In this document: positions 35,810 to 48,862 of the stretch, in pieces | Position numbering within the stretch: the stretch's first letter is position 1 | Layout: the number at the start of each line of letters is the position of its first letter | Assembly: GCA_951804945.1 (NCBI GenBank) | Contig: OX638152.1 | Span: 43,276,001 to 43,340,000, forward strand | DNA length: 64,000 nt | From: Podarcis cretensis | Lineage: Eukaryota | Direction of reading: 5' to 3' | Position numbers and translations under genes: made by a program | Notes under the pieces: model-generated | Databases searched by the model: none | Told to the model about the DNA's origin: nothing | The model's input: only the letters and a program-made list of their open reading frames with translations

Positions 35810-36380
35810 GCCATTTTAAAAAAATTAGAACCTATTTTTTTCATCATGCGATATGAATTATTAGGTATACTTACTAATAAGAATGTCTTCTTGAGTCTCA
35901 AAGCTTCCTTTTTAAAACACACAGAGTCTTCATTACTTAGACTCTCACCTTCCAGTTCTTGAATGTAGTGATCTACCCAAAGACACACAGATAAATCACC
36001 TGAATATTCAAAAATGCACTGTTAGCTTTCCTGCCCCGAGCTGATTGGCTGCAATGTCTCACTAATATTTTAATTCTTCCATGCCTCATCTCATGGAATT
36101 AAATGTGGCTGATTGTAATCTGGGTAGCTGCTTAATTCACCGCTGCCACCATTTCGTAGCTCTGAAACAATTATTGTTTTTGACAGCTTAATTGTCTGAT
36201 TATACATATGTTGTGGCATTTTAAGTAGCATTTGACTAAGTTAATTAAGATTTCTGGTAATTGTGTGGGTTTTGTTTAGGCCGTTTATGAGTGCAGAAAT
36301 GAAATATTACCATTCAGTTATTGATTAGATTTTCTGTTAGGACTGTATATACTAACATTGTCTCTGTAAGAATGGAGTTA

Positions 36381-36640
36381 CAGTGGTACCTCAGGTTAAG
36401 TAATTCGTTCAGGTTAAGTAACTTAATTCGTTCTGGAGGTCCGTACTTAACCTGAAACTGTTCTTAACCTGAAGCACCACTTTAGCTAATGGGGCCTCCT
36501 GCTGCCGCTGCGCCGCCGAGCACGATTTCTGTTCTTATCCTGAAGCAAAGTTCTGAACCTGAAGCACTATTTCTGGGTTAGCGGAGTCTGTAATCTGAAG
36601 CGTATGTAACCTGAAGCGTATGTAACCTGAGGTACCACTG
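36381..36640 (+). mobile_element. Tc1/mariner MITE, third copy
   Basis: TA-CAGTGGTACCTC...GAGGTACCACTG; matches 2962-3219. Confidence 0.9.
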
Positions 36641-38063
36641 CATAAGAATGTTTAGTTCCTGGGTATGTGGTCTTTCCTTCTGTAAGTTATTGAAGGAAAA
36701 AAATGAGAAACATGCAGGAAGCAATGCACTATAGAAACAGGAGAGAGGTTGTAGGGTGAGATTAAACAAATTCTGTTTTAGTTGCAGTGGTACCTTGGGT
36801 TAAGAACTTAAGGTACCACAGTCACCTTTGTTCTTCTGTTTGGTTTCACACCACATAATTCATTGTCATCCATTCCCACCTACCAAAATGAAGGAGATTT
36901 TTGGATGTTAGGTACATACCAGCTATTCATTTGAATTACTTGTGCTCTGCCCTTTAGTGTTGCCAGGCTGACTTCCATTAAAACAATAAAATCAAAAAAC
37001 ATTTTCAAAGTACATAATAGGACAATTTACAGTCATTAAAACAGTGAAAATCTTTTGAAATAATTTAAAGCGGGCTGAAATTTTTTTTAAAAGTATTTGC
37101 CAGCTGACATAAAGTCACCAGAGTAGGAGACAGGTGAAAGGTTTTTTCCTTCATGGGATGAGAACTCCATAGATGGGAATGCAGTTATGGAGGAGGCCCC
37201 CATCCATCTAACCTTCAGTTGCAGAATAGGGCTCTGCTAAGAGGAAAACTGGAAGACTGGCATGGTCAGCATTGGTGGCTTGGTCTGCTTGCACTGGCTG
37301 TGAGCTGTAGGGCCAGATGAACATTCCATTATCTCCAGCATCTAGCTTGGGAACTCCATTTATGGTACCAAAATGCCTCAATGAGTTCAGAATGCCATCC
37401 TGCAGCTTAGTCAACTGTTGTATCAGTTTATAACTTATCCTGCAGGATCTTCTTGGATCTCCTGCTGATATATGACTCTTCTTCCTCTCCTGCTACCTTT
37501 CCATCCTTCTCCTTTCTTCTTCTGCTCTTGAACTTTTCTGTGCACATATATTTCCCATTTGTGCTTGTGAATACTGCAGGATTTGACTGTGGGATAACCA
37601 AGGCAGTGCCCATGAGATCTGCTGCTACACTGCAGTGACAAGAGTCATGGGTTGATCTGACCACATGCATACAACCTTGCATTACTTTAGTTTATGTGCA
37701 ACATTAATGGTTCAGATAAAAGACTTCCATGCAAGGAAAGCTTTGATAATGGGCCAATACTCCTGAATGAAGGGACTCCTGAATGTTGATTACAGGCCAA
37801 TTAGTGTTCGTCTGTATTTTTTTTTTTTTAAATGGCATAGTAATTATGCATAGGTTCTGCATCACAAATTTCTCCTTAGCTGTAAAGTTGTCCTTGAAGG
37901 CCATGGAAATCTGCTACTATTTGGCATATTAACAGCAATATGGTAGAGACACACGTGTCAGAAATTAAATACCGGTTGCTTAGCAGTTTCATTCACCGTG
38001 TAGGAAACTTGTGTATTGAGGATATAGATCCCATTCAATTGTGGAAGTTTTCTTTATTGATAC

Positions 38064-38518
38064 TGTCAGGGAACTGCCATCGGCTCAGGAGCAAGAGGGG
38101 AGAGGCCGGATGGATTACAGAGAGCCCCCAAAGATCGTGGGAAGCAGCACCTCCTCAGCGGAAGAAGGAAGCCATGCCTCTAGTGGAGAGGAGCTTCAGG
38201 GCTCAGAAGGAGGCGAGGCGGTGCCAGGACACCTTGCCTGAGCAAAGCGGGGAGGAAGGAGGTCCTCCGTTACCCACGCCCTCCCTGCGCAGTAGGCTTC
38301 CGCGCCAAGAGGGGAGGCACAGATTGGGCGTCAAGAAACTTCTCTGCTGGGGAAGGTTTAAGCACCGCCCACTCACAGATTCTGCCAGTGAATGAGCAAG
38401 ACACGGAATAGTGGCGCTCTGCATGGTGAAGAGTTTTTGGCACCAAGAATGAGGCTTTACAGCTGACCAGGGAGGCATTTGCCTGATTGCTCTCGAGTAA
38501 CCCCCTGATATCCTTACA
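38064..38518 (+). mobile_element. Solo LTR (Gypsy- or ERV-like) with an internal frameshifted ORF
   Basis: TGTCAGG...CCTTACA termini, 5-bp TSD GATAC (38059-38063, 38519-38523). Confidence 0.85.
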
Positions 38519-39551
38519 GATACATTTCCAAATGTTTACAGATGCTAATAAGAAATTCATCAACTGCCTTCCCATATTTTCCATGTTGGATCAAGACACA
38601 AGTGTTTAGATACATGACAACAATATGGTGGGTGATTATAACTATTTCCCAATATTATCACAAATTAGACCATTTTTGCTAGTCAAGCGTGTTTCAGATC
38701 ATCAGAACCTTGACTGCAATTGGATTCACACTGCAAATAATAAAATGCAAACTGTTTCACAGTGTTCCTTGGGTTATCTCCAGCAGTTGTTTTAAGCATG
38801 CTGCCTGCATAAACAATGAAGGAATACATTTCTGAGAAAGTGAAATTTTTGAATGATGGTGACAGTGGCCTGGAGGAAGAAATTATGCTGTTATAGAATG
38901 TTAAATGTCAGGGGGAAGATGAATGTGCCTTAGTCTTTGAAGATTTAAATTGGGCCGATAGAAAGAAAGAAGTGATTAAATGCACTGTTAGTCAGCCACC
39001 CACTTTCGTTCCAATGAACATTTAAGTAGGAACTTCAAACAGACAGAGGAACAATGGATTTTCCTATGAGCAATTGTTTGTAAATCATGCATGTGAATTA
39101 TTTTTGTTGATACATTTGCGATAAGGCACCCTGAATATTCAGATTTGGACTGGCATTTTCTAAACTGGTGCCCTTCAGATGTTTTGAATTAGAACTTTAT
39201 TAGCCCCAGCTAGCATGGTACTTCTGTCAGTACCAGTACTATTTTAGCACCAAACATCTGGAGGGCATCAGCTAGAGTTGTAGAAAGTTGAGCTAGATCA
39301 TTGGTACATAAAAAACAAGGACAAAGTTATAATGGATGCTGGCATGGAGGAGTGAAGCAAATGTGGTTGAAAAAGATAAGTAATTGATCCTCTAACAAAA
39401 AAGTTTAATTTCTTAAATTGTTAAGACATTTATCTGCTTGTCATTATGACAAAAATAAAATAATGTAGTCCCAATAAGATATTTAGTGTCTGAAGCAGAC
39501 TGTCCAAATCACACAGTGCTGTTGGTAAAAAACATGGTAAAATTAGTAATG

Positions 39552-39725
39552 CCATGGTACACCTGCATCAGCACAATTGGATGCTGTCATCTGCCCCAGC
39601 TGCAATAAAACATGTTTCTCCTGTATTGGTCTCCACAACCACAGCAGGTACTGTAACTCTCCAATGGTTTGACTTTATCTCCAAAGGCTTACTCTTCCAT
39701 TATCTCCTAAGACAGATGGATGCCA
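39552..39725 (+). mobile_element. RTE-clade LINE 3' end
   Basis: Reverse-complement match to 53628-53800, which continues into RTE coding sequence. Confidence 0.7.
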
Positions 39726-39731
39726 ACCATT

Positions 39732-39888
39732 CAGTGCAGGGGTACAAATACCCCTAACCATTTTGTGAATCTTTGTACTTTTGTCCATTTACTGTATTTA
39801 TTTTTCCAGATTTGAACTATAAAATGGTGGTTTTCTTAAGTCAAAATGAGAGTACCCCTAAACATTTTTATTAGAAAAAAAAGCACTG
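39732..39888 (-). mobile_element. hAT non-autonomous element, same family as 41779-41953
   Basis: Reverse-complement similarity along its length, CAGTGC termini. Confidence 0.75.
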
Positions 39889-41713
39889 CTCCTTTCCCCT
39901 CCCCCCAAATCATCAACTTGAAAATATTGCTTAGGTAACTAACTGGCAGAGAGGAGACAGAAACCATGCTCACAAACCTTTTTTTTTTTGTAAGCATTCC
40001 TACTGGATTATTGGGTGGGGTGGGGACCCTTGCTGCTTTTCCACAGGAATGCTTGAAAACCCCAATGGAATTTCAGGGCAAGCTGGAGGAGTCTTTCACA
40101 TCACTAAGTGAAAAAATTGACAATTTGCTGTTCTTTAACACAAAAACCGCTTCCTGGAATGACTAGCCTCATGTTTCCTAATGGTAGAGGTGCTACTTGT
40201 TTGTTGGTTCCACCCAAGGAACACATAGACTACTCAATGGACGATACTCCTTGTCCATGTGGAGCTATGCAGAGAGAAAGCTGTGAAATTCCTGAACTGT
40301 GTGCACCAATTATCTTTATCATACATTGATTATGAATGGAAGTTAAACTATTGTATTTCATTATTTACCTCCATGTTTTCTAGCCACAGTGACACAGGAC
40401 TGTGAAACATTTGAATAAAGGCAAACAAACGTATTAATACTTCAGCAGAGGTAGTTGGGATTAATTACTTAATGTTGACCTCAAACAGGTTCAAAGAAAA
40501 GGCTTTGAATAAATTCCATGGTATGAATATATTGAAATTAATCTCTTCCTTGGGGAGTACTTTGCATTATGCCTCTAAGATAATCACCTTGTACACATGC
40601 AGCTCCCATAAACCCATATAAAATCTCCCTCTACTTAGTAAAATAACAGCTTCCAATTCTGTTGGTGTCAAAAGCAAAACTTTCGGTGGCTCTGTCTTGG
40701 ATTTTTATGAGCTTGCAAGAATACAGAATCTTTCTCAGGGGCTCCTATGGCTTTGTCCCCCAACAGTACCCAAGACATCTACAGATGTCATTAGCAACAC
40801 AAATTATGCTCCAGTGCACTTCTAAATAGGAAATAAACATTAGGAAGTAGACATCTCCATGTCTACACAGACACAGGTGTGCGTGCACAAACAGTTTTCA
40901 CGAATCATTTCCTCTTTAAAGAGTAACATTGGCAAATAAAAATCAGATAGGGATGACAGGAAGCTGAATTTACCCTTCCCCCCCCCCCCATTTTGCTGCT
41001 CTTATTGGCTGGGTGGGGGGAGACCTGCAGATCTCCCCCCCCCCCAGTGAAATCTGTGAACTCTGGAAGTTGTCAACTAAGTTCAGAATCCATAGAAAAA
41101 TATAACTAAAACCTGAAGGATAATCTACATGAAGGGCTTCCATAGAATCCTGTCCTTTTGCCTGCTGGATGCAATAGGATCCCAGCCAAATCTCCCTTGT
41201 ACACTAAGTTGCACATGCAAAGTGAATGTATGCATCATGATACTGTTGCACTTCTGGACCTCCCTCTCTCCATACTGAGCACCCTAGGGTGCATAGGCTC
41301 TGGCAGGGCTATGGCGAGTGTGTGATAGAGGCAGGGGAGATGGTAGTGGGCCTGGAGAGAGGGCCACCAATTTATGGGGTTTAGTGCCACCCGCGAGGGA
41401 GGAGTTGGGGGGGGGGAAGGTCTCAGCAGTGAAAGATGGAGGTGGGGGTGCAGGACAGGTCAGAAGTGGAGGAAGAGACTGTTCAGGCAAGGGCCAGGCT
41501 GGTCAAATCCCTACCATCACCTTACCTGCTGGTTCTTAGAACCAGGAGGGGCTTGAAGACGGAAGCACAATGTTAACTTCAGTGCAGGAGAAGTCTCAGG
41601 TTGCGTGCACACACTCCATCGGATGATGGTACGTAAGTCTGGTGGGCACAGTACAGCTTTTGCTACAACAGCTCTGCTGAGCACAAACCTGGAAATGTTT
41701 GTGCCAACTATGT

Positions 41714-41753
<40 letters not shown>

Positions 41754-41778
41754 ATGTGCACCTTAGGATAGGGTTGCC

Positions 41779-41953
41779 CAGTGCTTTTTTTCTTAAAAAA
41801 AATGTTTAGTGGTACTCTCATTTTGACTCAAGAAAATCACCATTTTATAGTTCAAATCAGGGAAAATAAATACAGTAAATGGACAAAGTACAAAGATTCA
41901 CAAAATGTTTAGGGGTATGTGTACTCCTGCGTACCCCCCTGAAGAAAGCACTG
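41779..41953 (+). mobile_element. hAT non-autonomous element
   Basis: TIR CAGTGCTTT / AAAGCACTG, 8-bp TSD GGGTTGCC (41771-41778, 41954-41961). Confidence 0.9.
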
Positions 41954-43833
41954 GGGTTGCCATATTTCAAATCCCAAAGTTCTTGAGCTTTTTTAAAATA
42001 AAACCCCCCAAAACCATGATTTTTTGATTGGCCTGCCTAAGATCCAGGACAAAGCCCTACCTTTCAGAAAGTAAAGGATTATCTACCTGCCATTTGCTTT
42101 CCTTGGCTGGGTATGCCCAGGACAATAGGCTACTCATGAAAACAGGGTTTCTTAGTCTTTCCTTGGCAGAGACAGTCTCCCAAGCTGAGCAAGTGATACC
42201 TCAATTCCTTTATCTCTGCATGACAATTCCCTGAACTGGGAGCTTTTATATATGTGTTTATCATAAGGGACGCAAGACAAGATGTGGCGGCAGCAACTTT
42301 TTGATTTTTTCCTTCTAATTATAAACTTCATTGTTCTGTCATGTCAAGCAGCAACAGAGCAATTAAATTTAAAAATGTAAGTGGAAGAGGAACTGCTGCT
42401 TTTCACTAGGTAAGTTCCTTGATTCCTGCAAATTTTATGAATTTCCCTCCCCACCCCAAAATGGCTTAAGATGCTTCTCTGCTTTTGCCACTTGTGAATG
42501 GAGCTGTGAGAGGAAGCATTTTCAGTTCAGTGATAGACCTTTTGCACTTCTGTTTTAGGAACTGTATCCTGGGGACCTGCATGGCTGAGAACTGCTTGGA
42601 AATGCTCCACTTCTATGATTTATGTTCTAAATGAACCTGCGTCTCTGATTGTCTTAGCCTCACTCTCCCCATCCTTTCTCTCTGAAGATTAAATTGTTTT
42701 ATGGTTCAAGAATTCTTCACTGTGGAAAATTAACTAAGCAGGTGTAAATTGAGCAAAAACTTTAAAAGACTGAAAGGTGTTCCCAGTAGCATCTGGCTTC
42801 TTGCTTGCTTCAGTCTGGCTATGAGCCAGCTGCGAAACTAAGACAGCTGTAGCCAACATTTTGGATGACTTCCTTGTGGCATTTGGCAGAGGTGAGACAA
42901 TATTTCTGAATTTATGTGACCTCCCCGTCAACTTTAATACTTGGCCATTTAGATATTCTAGTAGGAGCTGACAGGCAGATACCAGGCAGCCTCTTCTCTC
43001 TCACTGTCTATAGTCCCTTCTATCCCGGGAGCTGCTCTGTCTTCTTATTGCTTCTCTGTAGCCTCAGCCATAACCCCTTTCTTGCAGCATGTTTTACGTC
43101 ATTAAGAGATTTAATTATTTTCCACACTCAGCAAAACAACAAGAAAAAGACCCAGCAGTCACAGACCCTTTAAGTGTCCCTATTTTCCATCCCTGATTTA
43201 GAGAAGCTGTCCTGGTTTCTGATTTGATTGTGGAATGTCCCACTTTTCCTTAGGAGTTATCCAACCCCCGAGCTGTCTGAAGGCAATCCTGTATAGGGAA
43301 GTTTTTTTTAAAACAATGTTTAATGTTTTATTATGTTTTTATTTATGTTGGAAGCTGCCCAGAGTGGTTGGGGCAACGCAGTAAGATGTGTGGGGTATAA
43401 AGAGTAAAATTATCATGATGGAATGGGATGTCCCTATTTTCATTGGAGAAATGTTGGATGGTCAGCAGTCATCCTCGAAGAAGGCCACGCTCCAATAGGT
43501 CTTATTTAGAACAGCTGCAGGTGTTAACGATTTAAACTAGAGATGAAATACAGTAGCTCACAAATGGTCATTATGACAAATTTGTAGCAACAATTCAAAT
43601 GCGGGTGATTGGTTCTTTTTGATGGCAGATCAAATCAAATTTGGGGAGAATGCCAAGATGGAATTCCCTACCTGTAGGTTGAGGTGGTATAGTCTGTGGT
43701 AATATCTCAGGATTCTGCTACATAAGGAGACCAGGCCTAAGCCTAACATATCTAAAACCAATACAGTCTGCTATTTAAATTTGTATCCTGCTGTTCCTCC
43801 CAAAGTTTCCCAGGAAGGCAAACCACAAAGCTA

Positions 43834-43885
43834 ATATTATATTATATTATATTATATTATATTATATTATATTATATTATATTAA
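43834..43885. repeat. (ATATT)n pentanucleotide microsatellite
   Basis: Seen directly. Confidence 0.95.
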
Positions 43886-44867
43886 TCCCTTCCTGCACCA
43901 TAAAGTCCAAGAGTTGGTTACAGCAATTAAAACACAATATGAAAAACAAAACATCTTAAATAATAGAAATGGGGGGCAGTCCTAAAAATATACATCTCAA
44001 GCACCAAAAGCCGAGACAGAGATGTGTGTCTTCAGCATTGACTGAAAGTGGCATCATGAAGGTGTCAGGTGCACCTCTGTGGGGAGGAAAATCTACAGCC
44101 TAGGGGTTACCAGGGAGGATGTTGTCTAGGTCACCCCACTGAGCTTCTGAGGGTAGTGAAACAACCAAGAGGAAACATCTAAAAGCAGTCACATATCCTC
44201 ACAGCTAGTACCTTTCAGCTAGGAAGGTTTTAAATTCCACAGGCAGAATGAAGGATATAGACTCATTTCACCAGGGAGGGCATTCCACAAATGAGTAAGG
44301 ATCCATTCCACCAAGGAGGACCGACTTGACAGCACTGTGCCATGAAAAGGCATAAAATGCAAGAGTCACCTATCTTTCCTGGGGCATAACCAAAACAATG
44401 TTGACATTTCACATCTACAGATATGAAATGCTACTGTATTCAGGTGCTAAGGAGTTGAGGAACAGGGAGACCTCTGTCTTTTTCCTCACTTAATGGCTGC
44501 TTGCCAACACTAACTGTGCCAATGGGGACTTTCTCCTGGGGAAAGAATGCAAAGCAGGGGTAGCCGGATAGTGTTGTTCTCTAAGGATTGGAAAGAAATT
44601 ATAGTCAGTTTGCATTTAAAGGGGAAGCACCCTAATTCACACTTTTGAAAGCAATGCACAAATGAAAAACACATCTGTCTTTCAAAATTCGCACGTCTCT
44701 GAATTTTGAGGTACAGTTCACTAGCCAAGTAGTGTATACAAAAACGCAAATGCTAGGCTGAAGTGTGCACAATCATGCATATACTCATGGATGCAGCATG
44801 CAAAGATGTGTTATATTAGAAAGAGCTGCTTTGCAAAAAATGTGTATATTAAACAAACTTGCATACA

Positions 44868-45195
44868 AGTTAATAGAGTTTGTTGAGTTAGTGAGCCTGA
44901 CAGCCAAAATAAGAAATTATGATGAAAAGAAAACAAGAGGCGAGTGGGAGCATTTTGAAGAATGCTTTGAAAAGAGTGGTATTAAGGTTAACTGGCAAGT
45001 GGGATAAGCCTGTGAGCAGCAAAAGACAAGACAAAGGAATGGAAAAGGGAAATAATAAAGGGGTGGGGGAGGAAACATAAGGAGATGTAGCAAACTAAGA
45101 ATATGATGAAATGGATGACAATGGAAGATAAGCCAAGAAGTCTATATAAGACATGAATGGATGTAATATGTAAAACAGAAAATGGATAAATAAAT
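44868..45195 (+). mobile_element. Old L1 3' fragment nested in another repeat
   Basis: LIEFVELVSLTAKIRNYDEKKTRGEWEHFEECFEK aligns with the L1 C-terminus VMDYMELVEMTGRIRDLGEELVEEDWKKFKDYLQK. Confidence 0.6.
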
Positions 45196-47177
45196 ATTAG
45201 GAGAAATTCTTAAGAATTTCCATGAAGACATTTTTTTAAAAAAATAAATCCCCAAACTGATACCGAAATGTGGAGGACTGAATTTAAGATTGGAAAATGA
45301 AAAATGGAGAGAAACCAGAATTGACAGATTTTCCATCCCTATCCAGTTCCCATCAGCCTTGGTCAGCATAACCAATGGATAGAATGATGGAAGTCATTGC
45401 CTAGCAACAACTGGAGGTCACCAGGTGTGCTACCCCAGCCTTAAGCAGCTAGCAGCAGGTAGCTATGTCTAACCACAGAGCTGAATCAGCACTGACGGCA
45501 ATATGAGATACAAATTGCCAAAGATAATTCCAATTATATTTCAAAATTAAGAACACAAGAATTAAATAACTGAACTAGCATAGATCAACGGAAGGCACCA
45601 TTTAACAGGATTGTAGAACAAAGGGAATAATTACAAATGTGTTTTTTTAAAAAAAATCTCTCCATCCATTTCAAAGCATCATATACATCAATCTTAAAAA
45701 GAAAATATTGATGTTAGAATTAAAAGCTGCCAATTCATTCTTCCTGTGACTTGTCTGCTCTCACATACTGTCCTGTTTATAGGGTTTTTGCAAGAATTAG
45801 TAGTGGTTGGTTTTAAATGGCTAGCGGTACGTTAAAAGAAAATGATTTAAGATTATTTCATATAGATGTATGAGAGCTTCTTCTAAACAATTATGAAATG
45901 TTCCTGCTCCTGACAGGTGCTCATTTCTTTTCAGCTGCTGAAATTTTGAAATGCCGACATATTTTTTTTTAAGCTGTTTTCCTTTAGAAAGAGTGGAATG
46001 GAAATAGCAACCGCTATATCAGCAAAGCTCCATATTACAGCAGAGAAAATGCAGGATTTTAATAGAGCTTCTGTTCAGCGGTACATTTATAGCACAGAGC
46101 AATGAGATTTCCATACATGATTCCGCTTGTGGTCCTTGGAAGTGTGCAATTAAAGTGGCTTTGAAAACTTCCTATGTATTCTATCAGATCAGAAGCACAT
46201 CTGTTCGCACACATTTGGTTAGGAGCACCCACTTATCTTTTGAGTGGTCGCCAGGCAGATGCAGAGGCAATGTCTGTTTGACGTCGGAGTCTTTGCCACT
46301 GGCACTAAAACACAGGCTTCCTATTGCTTTTAATCCTACACAGGACTGATTATTGATCTTTGCCACCCTTCTGTTCCCAAGGGCTCCCAGGACAGATAAA
46401 GCATGACTTCTGATAGCGAAGATACGATTGATTCTGAAATTTATACATTTAATTATAGCGTTACCCAGGAATCTTGATAAGGAATCACCTTACATACAGT
46501 GAAGCTGGCATTCAGGGATGTGGGAGAAGCGGCAGAAATATATATTTCCCTGCTTATCGCTGAACTCAGATAAAAACCTGGAGTACTTCTCTGTCCTCCT
46601 GTCAAGAGATGGGGAAACTGAGGCAGTTAGCAAACTGAAAGCTTGAAATAGCAATTGATTCCGCACCCTATCTCATAATTTTTACACATTGATTTTGCAC
46701 TCCTGCAGGGGGCCCTGTAGCGCAGCCAAACTAAGCAGGAGGGTTTGGTAGCTCTCTGCTACACCCAAAACCAACTGTCTTGTTTCTCTCATCCCCATCA
46801 AGCATTGGGGAGAGGTGACACAAAGCTCCGTTTTGCAAGCGAAAGCAGCAGAGTGGAGGAACCCCCCTTGCTGCTCTCGCTTGCAAACTGCAGCCTTGCA
46901 TCTCCCATCTCCATCTAGGAGCATAGACTTCTAAAGAGCTTCATGATTTTCACATGGGTTGCCAACAAACCCATGGCCTTCTTTTCTGTCCTGGGACAAA
47001 AAAATTGGACAATTTGCAGGACAATTTGCATTTTCCTGCCCACGACATCACATCTGCTTCCTCTTCCAACCACACATTGCACATGGGTGATCTGTAAAGA
47101 AAATCCATGTGTCAGGGTGCCCGTATACCTCAGTTGCCCAGAGCCCCTACATGCAAGCAGGAGCTCATGTGATGGAG

Positions 47178-47417
47178 CAGGGGTCAGTAACCTAAGGCTC
47201 ATGGGCTGGAAGCAGCCCACGGAGGTCATTTGGCCAGCCCCCGAGCTGCCCCTGAACCAAGTTGCCCACTCGCGCACTGCGCTAAACCGGCGCAGCGTGG
47301 TGCAGGGACTCGCTTCCACAGCGCCGGAAATTGGGTCTGTGCATGTGCAATCTGGCCCACAGAGGGATCTCCATGGGACTGATCTGGCCCAGGCAAGATA
47401 AACCTTGCTGACCCCTG
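47178..47417. mobile_element. hAT (Charlie-like) MITE
   Basis: TIR CAGGGGTCAG / CTGACCCCTG, 8-bp TSD TGATGGAG (47170-47177, 47418-47425). Confidence 0.9.
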
Positions 47418-47563
47418 TGATGGAGTCCCCTTATAAAAAAGTATGGTTGAAAGAGGAAGCAAACAAGGTGTCAGGGATGGGGCGAAAAGAGTGGATATGC
47501 ATAGGGCTAAATGGTTTTTGAGGCTGAGGCAAAGAATCCCCTCTGAAGGTGTATTGGTGCTCA

Positions 47564-47605
<42 letters not shown>

Positions 47606-48725
47606 ACAATTGTGGTATTTTTTTTTGGGGGGGGGGGATACAGTTTTTTAAAATAAAATACAAATAGCATTTTTAAACTTTCCAGGATAACTCATGGTTT
47701 ATTCATGATTTTGCTGGTTTAAAATCTGTGTTCCTTGTTTATGATGCCATCTGCAGGTGAAAATATAGATTTCCACTACTTTTATTATAAAGTCAAACCT
47801 AATTGTGTGTTTGTATAGAGTCTATATGCATAAAGCATTAGGTTCCCCATTAGGATATGGCCTTAGATTTCCTACTTTTTGTACAAAACCATAAAGGGTT
47901 TGTTTGGACAAATACAAAATTGACCTAAAATTGAAAAAAAACTATTAATAACACTGTGATTCTAAAGTCTAAAGCTGTTTTTTTTTTTTAACTTGCATCC
48001 TCATAAGATGAAACAGAAAAAAAGTGTTAATTTAAACAAAGGTTCTCATGGGAGACCAGTTAACATAACCAAAGTGTCTATTGTAGTTTTTTAATGAGAT
48101 GCATTCCCTTTTTAATTGGCAATTACTTTATTTTTCTGGGTCATGGGGCAGGTTAGGGTGTGAGATTTTTAGTGATGGGCAACGTTCAGGGTCTGTTTTG
48201 TAGTAATGCATACATTTAAAAACATTTTGCATGGAAAAATAAGTATAAGATTTTCAAAGCTATGCAAGAAGATTAAGCTTCTGCTGATCATGCCGTCTTA
48301 TCTCCTCTTTGGCTTGGGAAATTTAAGCCCTCCAAGCGTCCATTAAAAAAGCAGCTAATGTAGAATTGATAACATAATTAGGGCATTGGTTGAGTAAAAT
48401 TCCAAGAAGTTTGGATTGGTTATTACTATTACCATTATTATTTATTAAATGCATATACCACTCTTGATCTGAAGACCGCCAGGCAGTTTACAACATAAAA
48501 ACACAAATTAAACCACAATATATATATATATATATATTTAAATTGCAAATTGCTACATTCNNNNNNNNNNNNNNNNNNNNNNNNNNNNNNNNNNNNNNNN
48601 NNNNNNNNNNNNNNNNNNNNNNNNNNNNNNNNNNNNNNNNNNNNNNNNNNNNNNNNNNNNNNNNNNNNNNNNNNNNNNNNNNNNNNNNNNNNNNNNNNNN
48701 NNNNNNNNNNNNNNNNNNNNNNNNN

Positions 48726-48862
48726 ACCGAAGCGGAATGGTACACTCTTTTTACCTGGGATAGTCGTTCTCTTCCACTGAGCTCGCAACTTCAGGAGGGA
48801 AGCACATGAAGCGGTGAGGGAGGAAGAGGACACCTGCCTATCCAGCCACATCAGCCAAATCA
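48726..48862 (-). pseudogene. RN7SK: 7SK snRNA-derived copy (visible internal part, flanked by N gaps)
   Basis: The reverse complement TGATTTGGCTGATGTGGCTGGATAGGCAGGTGTCCTCTTCCTCCCTCACCGCTTCATGTGCTTCCCTCCTGAAGTTGCGAGCTCAGTGGAAGAG... is colinear with vertebrate 7SK (about nt 55-185, recalled from memory). Many differences fall at CpG sites. Confidence 0.85.

Noticed and set aside
37428-37682. Basic/acidic minus-strand ORF as an exon
   Set aside because: Explained by a purine-rich low-complexity tract; no canonical GT donor and no recognisable homology.
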